64,000 nt of DNA from Cyanophora paradoxa CCMP329 (GCA_004431415.1 QPMI01000472.1:186001-250000), one strand, 5' to 3'. Shown: positions 11,117 to 21,685, numbered from the stretch's first letter. The notes: a model not told the origin generated them from the letters alone. Translations and numbers: made by a program.

Positions 11117-11692
11117 GCTCGCATGCAGGTCACCCCCACCAATTGCGCGCGACCATTTTCAATAAGCACATTTACAGCATCACGAATCTCAGTCACAAAA
11201 TCACAAATTCGCACTGAGCCACACTACATTTTTCAAACATCTAACCTCTCCTTACTGAAACCAATCACGAAACCCTTTCATTCTTCATTTTTCTAATTCC
11301 TTACCATTCTCAGTAAGCCCTAAAACCCTCTCTCGATTTCTCAGTAAGGACAGTAAGACCCTTATTTTTACGAAATGTTCCCGATCGTTTCCAGACTGTT
11401 TACAGTTACCCAAATTGAAAAATCAAGGTGACCCCCACCGATAGCCTTAATCCGGATGGATCAAATACGAAATCAAGGTGAACCCCACCGATAGAGTACG
11501 ATAATCGACAAAGTACGACGATAGAACACGATTAATCGATTTATCGCAAGCAATGAAAAATAACGAAAGCAAGTTTGTGCATGAGCAAGCATGCCGAAAA
11601 TGCCCACCTGCACACACTCGCGACTTCAATCGAAATGTTCCATTTAATGCACTGGAACCACTCGCGCCCCGCCCACTATGCAAGATACATGC
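11117..11692 (+). repeat. Left TIR of element B (576 bp)
   Basis: Starts GCTCGCATGCAGG; reverse complement of 35867-36442. Confidence 0.95.
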
Positions 11693-11959
11693 AAACTACA
11701 TGCGAGTTCCATGAAAAACTATAACGATTAAGTCATGTATATATTTCGTATATATGTCCGAACCTCCGTGTGTGTGATCCCGCACAACTTTGATTTTTTT
11801 GTTTTTTTGTTTTTTTTCTCATATGGCGACATATACATATATATACCGGCGTCACCGACATATTCGGGGTCATCATATCGGGGCGATTCCGAAAACATAT
11901 AGCATGCCACAAAGTAGTAATTAATGTTTTTGTTGTGGTATTCGACCAATCACAAGCCA

Positions 11960-12044
11960 CTAGAAAGGGGAATACCGATTTACTAGAAAGGTCTAGAAAG
12001 GGGGGCTACCGGTTTACTAGAAAGGTCTAGAAAGGGGGGATACC
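11960..12044 (+). repeat. Subterminal direct repeats (CTAGAAAGG x5 in about 33-bp units)
   Basis: Directly visible tandem units in non-coding DNA. Confidence 0.7.
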
Positions 12045-12297
12045 TAAAAACTGACAGCTGTTAACAGGTGTCACATGCAAAAAAACCCAGAGTTCGAACA
12101 AAAACTAAAAACAAACAAAATCAAAAAAACAAAAAAACAAAAAGCCGAAAACCGCCATACAAACCGTCAAACCCCTGTATCTCTTCACCAACTCATCGCC
12201 ATTCAAAAATGAAAATAGCGCCGTGACCGTCTTGATGAGACCAGCACGCACATGTAGATATCATATGGTCATTAAAATATTTGTTAAATAATTAATA

Positions 12298-12690
12298 ATG
12301 GATTCCCGATACCGCGGCTACCACGTTATGCTCGACTATATAACCGAGCCGTTTACTGAGTCCCCGGAGGCATGCGCCGAGTGGATCACAGCGAACCTAT
12401 CGCAATATATCACAGATCGCAATATGCGCATCGTGCACCAGCACACATGCATTTTCGATGGCTCTAATTCCCCTCCCGGTTTCGCGATTGGCTTTCTATT
12501 AGATGAGTCGCATGCCACAGCTCACTCTTATAGCGACCAGGGGCTATTAGCGATCGATATCTTTACATGCGGCTCAAATGCCGAAGCGAAGACAATGGGT
12601 ATAGCACAGGACATTAACGATCTCATACAGGAAAGGCTGAAAGTGCGAAAGTGGGACTTACAGGTCGAGCAAAGGTTCCCAATTTCATAA
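12298..12690 (+). CDS. speD: S-adenosylmethionine decarboxylase proenzyme (short prokaryotic-type)
   Basis: GYHVMLD...LLDESHATAHSY...LAIDIFTCG with the ESH self-cleavage site. Confidence 0.88.
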   Translation: MDSRYRGYHVMLDYITEPFTESPEACAEWITANLSQYITDRNMRIVHQHTCIFDGSNSPPGFAIGFLLDESHATAHSYSDQGLLAIDIFTCGSNAEAKTMGIAQDINDLIQERLKVRKWDLQVEQRFPIS

Positions 12691-12715
12691 AAAATGAAAA
12701 AAACGACAGATATAT

Positions 12716-13030
12716 TTAATGCTCCTTGATCGGAAACTTGCCCATTAGCGGGTGATCGAGACCCATGACATACCAGGATTTCATAACGGGATCCCAGCGG
12801 GCTTTCTCAGCCTTCGCTTGATCCTTAAATTCATAAGGAATATCGAGGTAAACCTTCACGTTTCTTTGATACACTTGCTCATAGCTTAGAGTTTTGAACT
12901 GAGAGCATAGGGGGTGATCTTTCTTCATGACATACCAGCATGAATTCTCACGATCCCACTTTCCACCGAGGGATTTCGCAACGTCTTTTTTATCAAACGG
13001 AATATCAACATAATACTTTTCACCCTCCAT
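12716..13030 (-). CDS. Tandem DUF5710-like domain protein
   Basis: Two repeats of Y.DIP(F/Y)..KD.AK....WD....WYV. Confidence 0.75.
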   Translation of the reverse strand: MEGEKYYVDIPFDKKDVAKSLGGKWDRENSCWYVMKKDHPLCSQFKTLSYEQVYQRNVKVYLDIPYEFKDQAKAEKARWDPVMKSWYVMGLDHPLMGKFPIKEH

Positions 13031-13069
13031 CTCTTTTATATTTACCGGAGAAAATAATTTCGGGGTTTG

Positions 13070-14452
13070 TTATGAACGAGAAGACCGAAGAATGCGCGTA
13101 GTAGGGGCTGTGTAGCTTGCGCTCTGATTCTTGAATGATTTATACCACCGCTGACTGTTTACCTCTGAGAGCTTCTCAGTTCCCGCGATCGTTAATTTAG
13201 CGAGCTCTCTCAGCGCCCTCTTTGTCTTTTCTGCGCGATCTTCCAATAATGCGCCTTTTGGAACACTTGCGGCGACATCTATGCCTTCTTTTTGAACCTG
13301 CCGGATAGAAGCGGCTTCCATTTCGGCTGCTTTAATTGCATTTTCTGCGGGCTCGACCACTGCCTCGACCTCTGTAATGATTTGCAATTCGTGCGGCTTA
13401 AAAAGCTTCGGCATTACGTTCCCCGCTGCATCTTGCACCTCTATCGCGTTTCCTCTCCTTCCCGCAATTTTGTAGACCTCTCTGCTATACCTTTGTGTTG
13501 CTCCTTTATCAAACTTTGATCTTGGCAATAATACACGGACGTGGAGACCCGGCTTAAAGTCGCTGAATATATCCTTTACGATTGTGTTCTTCTTTGAAAT
13601 AATAGCCGCTCGGATCCGCTCCATATCAGAAAGCTTAACATCCCCGGGTTTCATTCCTATGGTTCGGTGAATCGTGTTGTTGTAATTGAAAACGAAGTCG
13701 TCCAGCTTGTCCATAAACCGCACAGTATTATATGCGACACAGTAATTGTTTATCATCGTTTTTAGGGTCAAATGAAAGCGATTCATTATTCCCAGCGAAG
13801 TGTGATCTCCGACCTGTTTAAAGCGGTGCTCTATTCCATTGCTTTTAACGACCTCCTGAAACTCCTTCGCGATGAATTCTGAGCCGTTATCTGTCTCCAA
13901 TCGAATCATCGGAGCCGGGAGATCTGTGAGCATCTCCGCAAAAGCGGCGGCAACACTTGCGCCCTCCTTATTCTTTAACTTCTTGGCATATGCTTTTCGG
14001 CTTGTCATCTCAATGAGAGTAAGGACTGCAATGTAGCCGGAATTATAATTGCCATATGAGAGATAAAATATGAGATCCGCTTGATAGCACCACGGCGGGG
14101 CTGTGATGGGAATAAAAGCTGTTTGGGTCGGTGCTGGGGGCTTCTTGTTAATCTGCATAAATTCTTGTTTCGCTGCGACATCTTGCACTTCTTTCAATGT
14201 GAGGCTCTTGTCCTCTTTTCTCAGCTCTTCGTACAATGCCGATGGGTTCTTAAAACCTGTCTTTGGGTCATACATGCGGCGCACGATCTTCGAGGACGGG
14301 TTAGCAATGCTAAAAGGAACATCTCCTAATAAATTTGATTTTGCTTGGCGTTTTGTGATTTTTTGGGGGACTTGCTCAGTTTCAGGAACCGCGATAGGTA
14401 GTATGGTGGTCTCTGTCTCCTCTCCCGCTACCCTTCTGACGATCCGTGACAT
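13070..14452 (-). CDS. Retroviral-like (rve) integrase of element B
   Basis: YQADL, ETDNGSEF, GIMNRFHLTLK and YNNTIHRTIGMKP motifs. Confidence 0.93.
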   Translation of the reverse strand: MSRIVRRVAGEETETTILPIAVPETEQVPQKITKRQAKSNLLGDVPFSIANPSSKIVRRMYDPKTGFKNPSALYEELRKEDKSLTLKEVQDVAAKQEFMQINKKPPAPTQTAFIPITAPPWCYQADLIFYLSYGNYNSGYIAVLTLIEMTSRKAYAKKLKNKEGASVAAAFAEMLTDLPAPMIRLETDNGSEFIAKEFQEVVKSNGIEHRFKQVGDHTSLGIMNRFHLTLKTMINNYCVAYNTVRFMDKLDDFVFNYNNTIHRTIGMKPGDVKLSDMERIRAAIISKKNTIVKDIFSDFKPGLHVRVLLPRSKFDKGATQRYSREVYKIAGRRGNAIEVQDAAGNVMPKLFKPHELQIITEVEAVVEPAENAIKAAEMEAASIRQVQKEGIDVAASVPKGALLEDRAEKTKRALRELAKLTIAGTEKLSEVNSQRWYKSFKNQSASYTAPTTRILRSSRS

Positions 14453-14470
14453 TCTTCTAATTAACCCTGT

Positions 14471-17400
14471 TTATTTTTTGCTGCAATTGCACCCGTGATG
14501 CGCGAGTTGACAATTGTCTTTAAGATGTGGGCGCCTGTTGTTAATGCGATCCACGACGAGCCTATAATTCGGATCTTGCGGCTCAATCGGAATCGGAAGG
14601 GAACAGATCGCACAGGCGCCCTTCTGTTGCTTCTTGCGCTCTAATATCCACTCCGGCGTAATATAATCCGCCTCATCGAAATCGCGCCCGGCACGCTGAT
14701 CCTGGCATTTATAACCGCGGATCTTCGTTTTCAGATATTCGATGTAGTCGCTCTTTCCTTGGAACTTGTGAATCGGTGTATAAATCAGCACAGTGGACAG
14801 ATCGCGGTTACGAGTGAGAGCGGTATAGAACCATTCGCGAGTGGTATAGCGGAACGTAGCCTCACAAATGACAATGCCCGAATCAAGTGTGAGACCTTGC
14901 GTTGAATGACCTGTTCCTGCATAAGGGAGAGAAAAATGTTCTAACATCGCGCACGGAACCTCAAACGTGACACCATCGAAAACGTCCGTTAATGTGACCA
15001 TTTGCTTTGTGATTTTGGTGATTCGATAGGTGTAATTCGTGTATGCGTTTATAGACTCGCCCTCAGACCGCGAAATGCGTAGATACTTGCGGCAAACGAC
15101 TTCCAAACCCTTGTAGAATTTGATGCCATTGACCTCTACGGTTGGGATATTTACTTTGCGTCTATCGTGCATCAGTTTGTTGTAGGCTAAGGTCATTTCG
15201 TTTCTGTAAGCGATGCCAAAGTAGCCGTCGGGAATAGCGCTTAGATCATTAATTGTCGGTAAGCCGTATTTCGAGATAATCTGTGCGGCTTCGAGTCCGT
15301 TTTCGAAGAGATCCTCTTTAATCGCCCGAATTAATTCACGGTCTGTCTCCTTCTTGTGCCGCTTGTTAATGCGTAGACTCAGGACGTTAGGGAACATGCT
15401 CTGCACAGCGCGCTTATAGTAGCCCTTGCGATCAGAAACCGATAGCTCATCATTAATCGGTTCGTTCTGATAGGTATCGCCATTAGCCAAATATTTGATA
15501 TCCGGATAGCGATCGATAAACGACTTGATCTTAGCGAGATCTTTTACAGAATACGCGAATATCTCGTCGAACATAATGTGGCTGAACTCGGAGACAAACG
15601 CCCTCTGGTCTTTTTCGCTCATAGCCTCTTCGTAGGTCTGATCATTTGAGACACGGATCCCGAGAACATTATACAAAGTGCGAACGGTAATATTCTCGAT
15701 TCCGCGGACTTTGAGAGAGTCCCTCAGCTCTGCGCACTGTTTGTTATAGGGGCAAATGACTAAGCAATTTGACTTTTGAGAGGCAAAGCAATTAATACCG
15801 AGGGTCGACTTTCCACTTCCGGGCATGTCAGCAAGGACAAGCATACGATTATGGAGCTCCGCAACCCAATTAAAGCACTCCGGATTAAATTCGTCCCTCA
15901 GCGAGAACCGGTTAATGAGTGTCTCGGGATCCTGAAATTCGAGAGTTACACCCCGTGGTGGGCGGAGTGCATTCTCAGGGCATCTTTTCCCGGGAATATA
16001 GCTGAATTTGCCCATGTTCTCAAACGCATTTCGGTCGAACTCTTTCTTACTTGTCCATGAACCTTCGATATATAGGCAATCCGTTCTGATCCCGGCAACC
16101 TTGTGCCCGCGCGCTGTCAGGCGCTTGTATTGCGCAAACATATTAGCACGGTTGCGATCGTAAATATGAAAGTGGATAGGAAGGAATCCGTTAACGAGCT
16201 CGCGGTGGGAGCTGATCTTAACGAAATAGATGTGACCTTCGAATTCGCTAAGAGTTTTGACACGTTTCGAATTCTTAGGATTGAAAGTAAACACCTCTAC
16301 TGTTCCTCCGCATTCTTGGGCGAACCTCTCAGCCTCGGCACGGTTGTAGAACATTTTCGTGGATGTTTGCGAGTCTTGGAATTTGCCGAGCATTCCGATC
16401 TCTTTCACTAAAATATGCTTCTTATCTGTGGTTTGAATGTCGCTTGACAGCACTTTTTGCATCTCAGCGATCGACGTATTGGGCACCAAATGCGAAGGCT
16501 CCGCGACCGCGATAATCTCTATCTTGTCCTTTACGTCCGCCCAATGCATGGAGAGAGTGTAGCCTGTCATGAAATTATAACAGCGACCACTCACGGAAAA
16601 TGCGCGATCCAGTATAATTTCGATTCCATCAATCTTGCGAGACATGGCGGCATCATAATCAATATCCTCGTCGTCTGCGAAAGTTGCTTGCTCTCTCTCA
16701 AACGCAACGACACGCACGTAGTAGATCGCGTATTCGAGAATATCGCTTCCCGCTTTAAAGGGAACGAAGTCATCGAATACATTGTATTTCGGAAGATATT
16801 GCATGCCTTTCAGTATCGAAGGGTAGCACTTCGCCATATCGACAGCTGTGTAGGTGGCTTTCGGGTTCGGCTTATAGAAAAAGCCACTTAGTGCGGATCG
16901 CTTGTAGTGCGTGAGAATTTCGCGCATGTTCGGGCTGTAATGTGAGATATTCGTCGCATTTAGAAGCGACTCGCGGAATCCCTTCCCGATTTCACAGACC
17001 TTATTATAATACTCCTCTGTTTCGAAATCTTGCTCAATAAAGTGGTCTGTTGTGCGTGGATCTTTGATAGAGAACATCGAGCCATTAGCTTTGAATGTGA
17101 TGCTGTCGATCTGTTTCGATGGTGTTAGCTTCACTGCGGGTTCATATCGCATTTTCAGGAACGTAAATAGAAGACCTTCCAGACCTTCGCGCCCAGTATA
17201 CAGAATGCGGATGAAACTGCGCTCGTCGGGCGATAGTTTAAGTTGCGTGATCTTTAACAAATCCTTGGATGTGTGCGCGAAGATATCGTGAGTAAGACAC
17301 GTCGGAATTTTATAGAGTGCTAACGAAGAGTTCGACTTAGGAACATGATTATCGAGCTCTTCGACCTCCATCTTTGCCATGCGCATTTCGAGCGACTTGA

Positions 17401-18787
17401 TGTTATCGTTGAATATATAGATGTGCTTGTTGTGAATCATAAAGTGAATATTGCGGGGAAAGATGTTTTTGTTAATTGATTCCGCCGCGAATTTGTGTAT
17501 TAACTTTCCGTCGACATCAAAGACGCGGAAGCCTGTCTGAATTCTCTTACAGAATTTCTCGATATGGCGGAGCGTGAGAGCCAGAGAGTCGCCAGGTGTG
17601 CGTTCGCGACCGTGAAAGAATTTATAGAGACCGTCGTAGGACATAGTTAAGTCAGTATATCGCGGTTTTGGCGCCTCCTGACACTTCTTAATGGACGCTC
17701 CCCATGTGGAGATGATCATATCGTAGCCGCAAGCGTTAGATGTCGATGATTTGGGAAGCTCAATAATATCTTCGAACTCAGACGCGTTTGGATTTAATGT
17801 GTAGTCTGTGAATTTGCTCATAATCGCGGTGCATCGCATACTGTCCATTAGCTCCTCATCCAGGAACTCATAGCGATTGCCAGGTATAGCGCCGGCTCCA
17901 TCGTCCTCGACACCTTCGTCCCCATCGATCGCGACCTCATGAACAGTTATAAAGGCATCATCGATACTGCCGCCAAAATCATCGAAACCTTTGCGTAGTT
18001 TTTTCTGTTCCTCGGTTGGTGGTGTCTTAAAGAAGAACATCTCGTATGCTTGTCCGAAAGTTCCCAGACGAATCTTCAATTCATCGTAGTTTTCGAGTAA
18101 ATCGAAGATTGATTCGCTCTCATGCCAATCATGACGAACTTGACCCGGTCTAATTAGAATTTGAGACATTCTATCCATTTTCGCCAGAGCAAAGCTTCGC
18201 AACACACTCACCGAAACTGTCTCTCTTATATTGCGGTAGGTGACAAAGGTTCTGTCTGGTATATTTAATTCGGGAATTCCGGGAATAACAATTACCTCCG
18301 ACGACCGAGCACCGGATCCAGGTCCCCATAGCTTGAACGTAATTGTTGCGAGAGTTTCCGGATCGTATGCGGCGATTGGGTCGAGAATAGTGCGTTTAAT
18401 CGCATCCTCTACCGCTTTTAGTTTACCTCTCTGCTGCTTTGCTTCGAGCTTCGCTTCTTTCGCTCGTTTCTGTTCTTGCTTGCGATCGAAGCGCTGTAAA
18501 CGCTTCGCCTCTTGTTCTTTTTGCTTTTGCTTTTCTATATTAACTTGGGTGCGAGCGGCGCGCTTCTCTTTCCGCTCTGCCCTGCGGAAAACGCGGGGAT
18601 TAATGATGCCATTCAGAGTATCCCGAATGTCGATCAGCGTTTGGAGCTTGGGCTTCCGATTCATTGTGTTGTGCATCGCCCAATGCGCCTGTTCTTCGGT
18701 TAGCAAATCCTGACTCAATCCCTGCATAATGTATCCGATAATTTCATCCCGAACATTGTTAGCGATTCTGTTGGTTGCGCGCGGCAT
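14471..18787 (-). CDS. Fusion protein: divergent family B DNA polymerase + SF1 (RecD/Pif1-like) helicase + C-terminal HNH-like nuclease
   Basis: Pol motifs VDMAKCYPS, KHILVKEIGMLGK, GIRTDCLY; helicase motifs MPGSGKS, FDEIF, GDTYQN, HSTQGLT, YTALTR; C-terminal CAIC...VDRINNRRPHLKDNCQLAHHGCN. Confidence 0.82.
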   Translation of the reverse strand: MPRATNRIANNVRDEIIGYIMQGLSQDLLTEEQAHWAMHNTMNRKPKLQTLIDIRDTLNGIINPRVFRRAERKEKRAARTQVNIEKQKQKEQEAKRLQRFDRKQEQKRAKEAKLEAKQQRGKLKAVEDAIKRTILDPIAAYDPETLATITFKLWGPGSGARSSEVIVIPGIPELNIPDRTFVTYRNIRETVSVSVLRSFALAKMDRMSQILIRPGQVRHDWHESESIFDLLENYDELKIRLGTFGQAYEMFFFKTPPTEEQKKLRKGFDDFGGSIDDAFITVHEVAIDGDEGVEDDGAGAIPGNRYEFLDEELMDSMRCTAIMSKFTDYTLNPNASEFEDIIELPKSSTSNACGYDMIISTWGASIKKCQEAPKPRYTDLTMSYDGLYKFFHGRERTPGDSLALTLRHIEKFCKRIQTGFRVFDVDGKLIHKFAAESINKNIFPRNIHFMIHNKHIYIFNDNIKSLEMRMAKMEVEELDNHVPKSNSSLALYKIPTCLTHDIFAHTSKDLLKITQLKLSPDERSFIRILYTGREGLEGLLFTFLKMRYEPAVKLTPSKQIDSITFKANGSMFSIKDPRTTDHFIEQDFETEEYYNKVCEIGKGFRESLLNATNISHYSPNMREILTHYKRSALSGFFYKPNPKATYTAVDMAKCYPSILKGMQYLPKYNVFDDFVPFKAGSDILEYAIYYVRVVAFEREQATFADDEDIDYDAAMSRKIDGIEIILDRAFSVSGRCYNFMTGYTLSMHWADVKDKIEIIAVAEPSHLVPNTSIAEMQKVLSSDIQTTDKKHILVKEIGMLGKFQDSQTSTKMFYNRAEAERFAQECGGTVEVFTFNPKNSKRVKTLSEFEGHIYFVKISSHRELVNGFLPIHFHIYDRNRANMFAQYKRLTARGHKVAGIRTDCLYIEGSWTSKKEFDRNAFENMGKFSYIPGKRCPENALRPPRGVTLEFQDPETLINRFSLRDEFNPECFNWVAELHNRMLVLADMPGSGKSTLGINCFASQKSNCLVICPYNKQCAELRDSLKVRGIENITVRTLYNVLGIRVSNDQTYEEAMSEKDQRAFVSEFSHIMFDEIFAYSVKDLAKIKSFIDRYPDIKYLANGDTYQNEPINDELSVSDRKGYYKRAVQSMFPNVLSLRINKRHKKETDRELIRAIKEDLFENGLEAAQIISKYGLPTINDLSAIPDGYFGIAYRNEMTLAYNKLMHDRRKVNIPTVEVNGIKFYKGLEVVCRKYLRISRSEGESINAYTNYTYRITKITKQMVTLTDVFDGVTFEVPCAMLEHFSLPYAGTGHSTQGLTLDSGIVICEATFRYTTREWFYTALTRNRDLSTVLIYTPIHKFQGKSDYIEYLKTKIRGYKCQDQRAGRDFDEADYITPEWILERKKQQKGACAICSLPIPIEPQDPNYRLVVDRINNRRPHLKDNCQLAHHGCNCSKK

Positions 18788-18955
18788 CTCTATTAGTTCT
18801 TTTAAAATAACCGGAGAAAATAATTTCGGCGCAATCTACCAAATTCTCCTTTTCATACCCTTGTCGCCAAATCTTTAAGTGCTTTTTTGACCGATACGGG
18901 GAATAAAAATGGAGGTAAAAAATTAATCATTTTTTGCATCGTACGGTACTTTCCG

Positions 18956-19369
18956 CTACGAAGTTTTTGCGTTCTCGACGACATGCTTTCGGGGTCTTCC
19001 AGCGGGCTTTTGCGGCTGGGGCTTCACCGGCGGATTCAGCTTGCGTTCCGCTCTTTTCCTTCGTTGGTATTCACGTGCCTTCTCTCGGATTTTCTCCCGA
19101 TACTCTTCATCGTCTTGGTATCGCTGCTGTTTACGAATTGCGATCTTTTGTAGCTGTTCCGGTGTGAATATAGTAGCCTCTCCGGCGGCTAATCGCTCTT
19201 GCTTTTGTCTCTGATGCTTGTTTCGCTGCCGCTCTGCATCTTTCTCGCGTTTTAGTCTTAATCTCTCCGCTTTCTCCTCTTCTGTGATCACCTTCTTCGG
19301 TCGCCCTGGTCTGCGCTTTTCTTGCTGTGCCGCCATTGCCTCTTGGTTTGAAATCTTGGGTTTCGCCAT
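18956..19369 (-). CDS. Basic coiled-coil protein with two AT-hook-like motifs
   Basis: RRPGRPKK and GRPRK; RYQDDEEYRE shared with A 5704-5949. Confidence 0.65.
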   Translation of the reverse strand: MAKPKISNQEAMAAQQEKRRPGRPKKVITEEEKAERLRLKREKDAERQRNKHQRQKQERLAAGEATIFTPEQLQKIAIRKQQRYQDDEEYREKIREKAREYQRRKRAERKLNPPVKPQPQKPAGRPRKHVVENAKTS

Positions 19370-19493
19370 TTACTATAACCGGAGAAAATAGTTTTTTGTC
19401 ACTCTGTATTATTTCCCTTGCCCTTATATACCTTTTACCGAAACCTTCAATTTTTGCCCTTGGCTCGATACAAGCGCCACCGAAATTCACCGC

Positions 19494-19928
19494 TCAATAA
19501 CCGTTCCAGACGGTTCTTTCTTGTTGCTGAGGATATACATAAGGTTGCTGAGGATAAACATAAGGGTTCGTTACATTTTCATCGTCGCCTAATGGCATTT
19601 GATCCAATCTATACATCGGATAAGGGGAGTCAGCGCGCAAATGACCTTCTACAAATTCAGGACATGAGCGCCTTCTAATATGCTCTACATGCACGTCCTC
19701 TATCTGAGCGGTTTCGATATTAGAACTCATAGCCGCGGGCACAGGCGAGGGCGATCGAGATCGTGGGTGGTTGTGATTGTCGCTGTGGTTAGAATATACA
19801 GAAAGGCGCCTACCTCCATTCTCGTCGTCAGAAATATTAACCTCTACGGTTGTGTCACAGCAAGGACTGTGGCAATTAGACACGACATGAAGCTGAAACA
19901 TTTCAATGCATTGTGTGATGAAATTCAT
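19494..19928 (-). CDS. Conserved hypothetical protein (HVVSNCHSxCC motif)
   Basis: Homology to the C-part of A 4683-5720. Confidence 0.65.
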   Translation of the reverse strand: MNFITQCIEMFQLHVVSNCHSPCCDTTVEVNISDDENGGRRLSVYSNHSDNHNHPRSRSPSPVPAAMSSNIETAQIEDVHVEHIRRRSCPEFVEGHLRADSPYPMYRLDQMPLGDDENVTNPYVYPQQPYVYPQQQERTVWNGY

Positions 19929-20132
19929 CGATCCTACAAGGACGCAACGTATTAAATATCGGAGAAAATAAAAGGGAATGAGGGCTTTACTTGCTCGTGT
20001 GTTCCCCTACGAATTGGTCGAACTTATAATGCTGTTTATGGAGCCGACCTGTCCCTATTGCAAGGGAGTCCACATAAAGACCCGCTCTAAATACGGGCGG
20101 GTTCAGCTTTGCCTTGCGGATATTCACAGCCA

Positions 20133-20816
20133 TTAGCGGATATGGCGTTTACCACCAAGCATTGCGGCATAATTTACGGGTGCAGTCGGCACTATGTGAG
20201 CATATTGCGGGGCGACCGATTGCTGACGAGTTACGGCTTGCGCATCTGTCTTGTCCTCCTTTTTAATCTCCTCTACGTCGACTTTTTGCTTTAATCCGAG
20301 TTTGGAGATCTCTTTCTTTACAAGCCCCTTTAATTTCTTGCGTTCGTTATAATCTTGCATCCATTTCTCGTAGTTAGAGACTTTCATTTCAAGGTCTCGC
20401 ACTTTCTCTTCAAAGCTCATGACAACGTCGACAGGAACCGTGTGTTTTTGATAGGATCCGCGCTTTTTGAGCTCGGTTTCGGCGGCTTTCGGGACGTCTT
20501 GCGTTTTGTGCTGGCTTGCGACAACTTGCGCTTTAATTACTTTGTCGGTTGCTTCATCAACAGAGCCGCCTCCAATCTGTGGTTTTACAGTAGCTAAATC
20601 CTCCATTTGGCGTTTACCGCTATCTTGGTTGCCCTTGTCCGCGGTGGCACTCGCAATAATCGCCTCTTGCTTGGCGACCTCCTCTGGCGAAGTGTCTATA
20701 AGATATTCGGGCATTTCGAGACCGCCGCCCGACGTTAATCCAGACTCTTCAAGTCCGCGATTAGGATTACCAGAAGCGACCGTTTGAATGGTTTGAGGCT
20801 TCTTTCGGTAGACCAT
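20133..20816 (-). CDS. Conserved coiled-coil hypothetical protein
   Basis: Homologous and syntenic to the N-part of A 4683-5720. Confidence 0.65.
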   Translation of the reverse strand: MVYRKKPQTIQTVASGNPNRGLEESGLTSGGGLEMPEYLIDTSPEEVAKQEAIIASATADKGNQDSGKRQMEDLATVKPQIGGGSVDEATDKVIKAQVVASQHKTQDVPKAAETELKKRGSYQKHTVPVDVVMSFEEKVRDLEMKVSNYEKWMQDYNERKKLKGLVKKEISKLGLKQKVDVEEIKKEDKTDAQAVTRQQSVAPQYAHIVPTAPVNYAAMLGGKRHIR

Positions 20817-20818
20817 GA

Positions 20819-21685
20819 TTATCTTTTCTTACACTTGATTAACATTTTCTTTTTCTTGGGCGAAATTTGCGAAAGTTTGGGGATACCTTCAAGCTCACGC
20901 TCAAATTTGGATAAAGTTTTGCATACAGTTGTCGAATCTTTGACAGGCGGCGGTTTTGTAGCTTGCTCCTCTTGCTGTTTGCGCTTCTTTTCTTCAAAAG
21001 CCGCCCGCTTGTGGAATTTCGTAAACGGATGGTCATCGATCATATCGGCTTTTTCGACCCACCATCGCACAGAATACCCGGTATTATCGTGAATGATCGC
21101 TTGGTAGCTATGACAGAATTCTTGGAACATGCGCTTGAAACTCTCCTTATCCATGTTCCCGAACTCTTCGTGATATGCTTCAAACTCTCGCATGTTTGAC
21201 CAGCTTAGGAATATGATATACTCCGCATTGCTGCGAATAATCGTTGAAAGCTTTGTTAGTTTCTGCGATATTAAAGCCACGCTGCAAAAAGTATGACGAC
21301 CTTGCGCCATCAATTTATTTAGCAAATGATCGCGCGAAAGATCGATAGTTCCGGACTCCAAACAATCGTCGAGTACGATGAGAATATTCTTTGGTTTCTT
21401 ACCCGCAATGATGGCTTTTTTGCGGGCTTCTATGATCGACTCTACATATTCCGGTTTCCAGGTATCATGCACTTCGTCTGTTATTTGACCCCAGAAACCG
21501 TTGAAACTCGTTGGACAAAAGACCAGAACGTATGAGATCTGGTCTTCGAGTTCTTTGATCAGCCACTTTAAGAATACCGATTTACCACAATTGGTTTTCG
21601 CCAATAGGAGAAATCGTGCGGGAAGTTTCACCCTCTGTTTCGGGCTCCATTCTTCGAGATCTATGGGCGTCGTCCCTTTTTGCAT
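20819..21685 (-). CDS. A32-like packaging ATPase
   Basis: AKTNCGKS, IVLDD, AQGRH and ISQ motifs. Confidence 0.92.
   Translation of the reverse strand: MQKGTTPIDLEEWSPKQRVKLPARFLLLAKTNCGKSVFLKWLIKELEDQISYVLVFCPTSFNGFWGQITDEVHDTWKPEYVESIIEARKKAIIAGKKPKNILIVLDDCLESGTIDLSRDHLLNKLMAQGRHTFCSVALISQKLTKLSTIIRSNAEYIIFLSWSNMREFEAYHEEFGNMDKESFKRMFQEFCHSYQAIIHDNTGYSVRWWVEKADMIDDHPFTKFHKRAAFEEKKRKQQEEQATKPPPVKDSTTVCKTLSKFERELEGIPKLSQISPKKKKMLIKCKKR

Noticed and set aside
11447-11683. ORFs within B's TIRs (also 35819-36112) and the tail of ORF 9779-11296
   Set aside because: Read-through or chance ORFs in repeated non-coding DNA, with no motifs.
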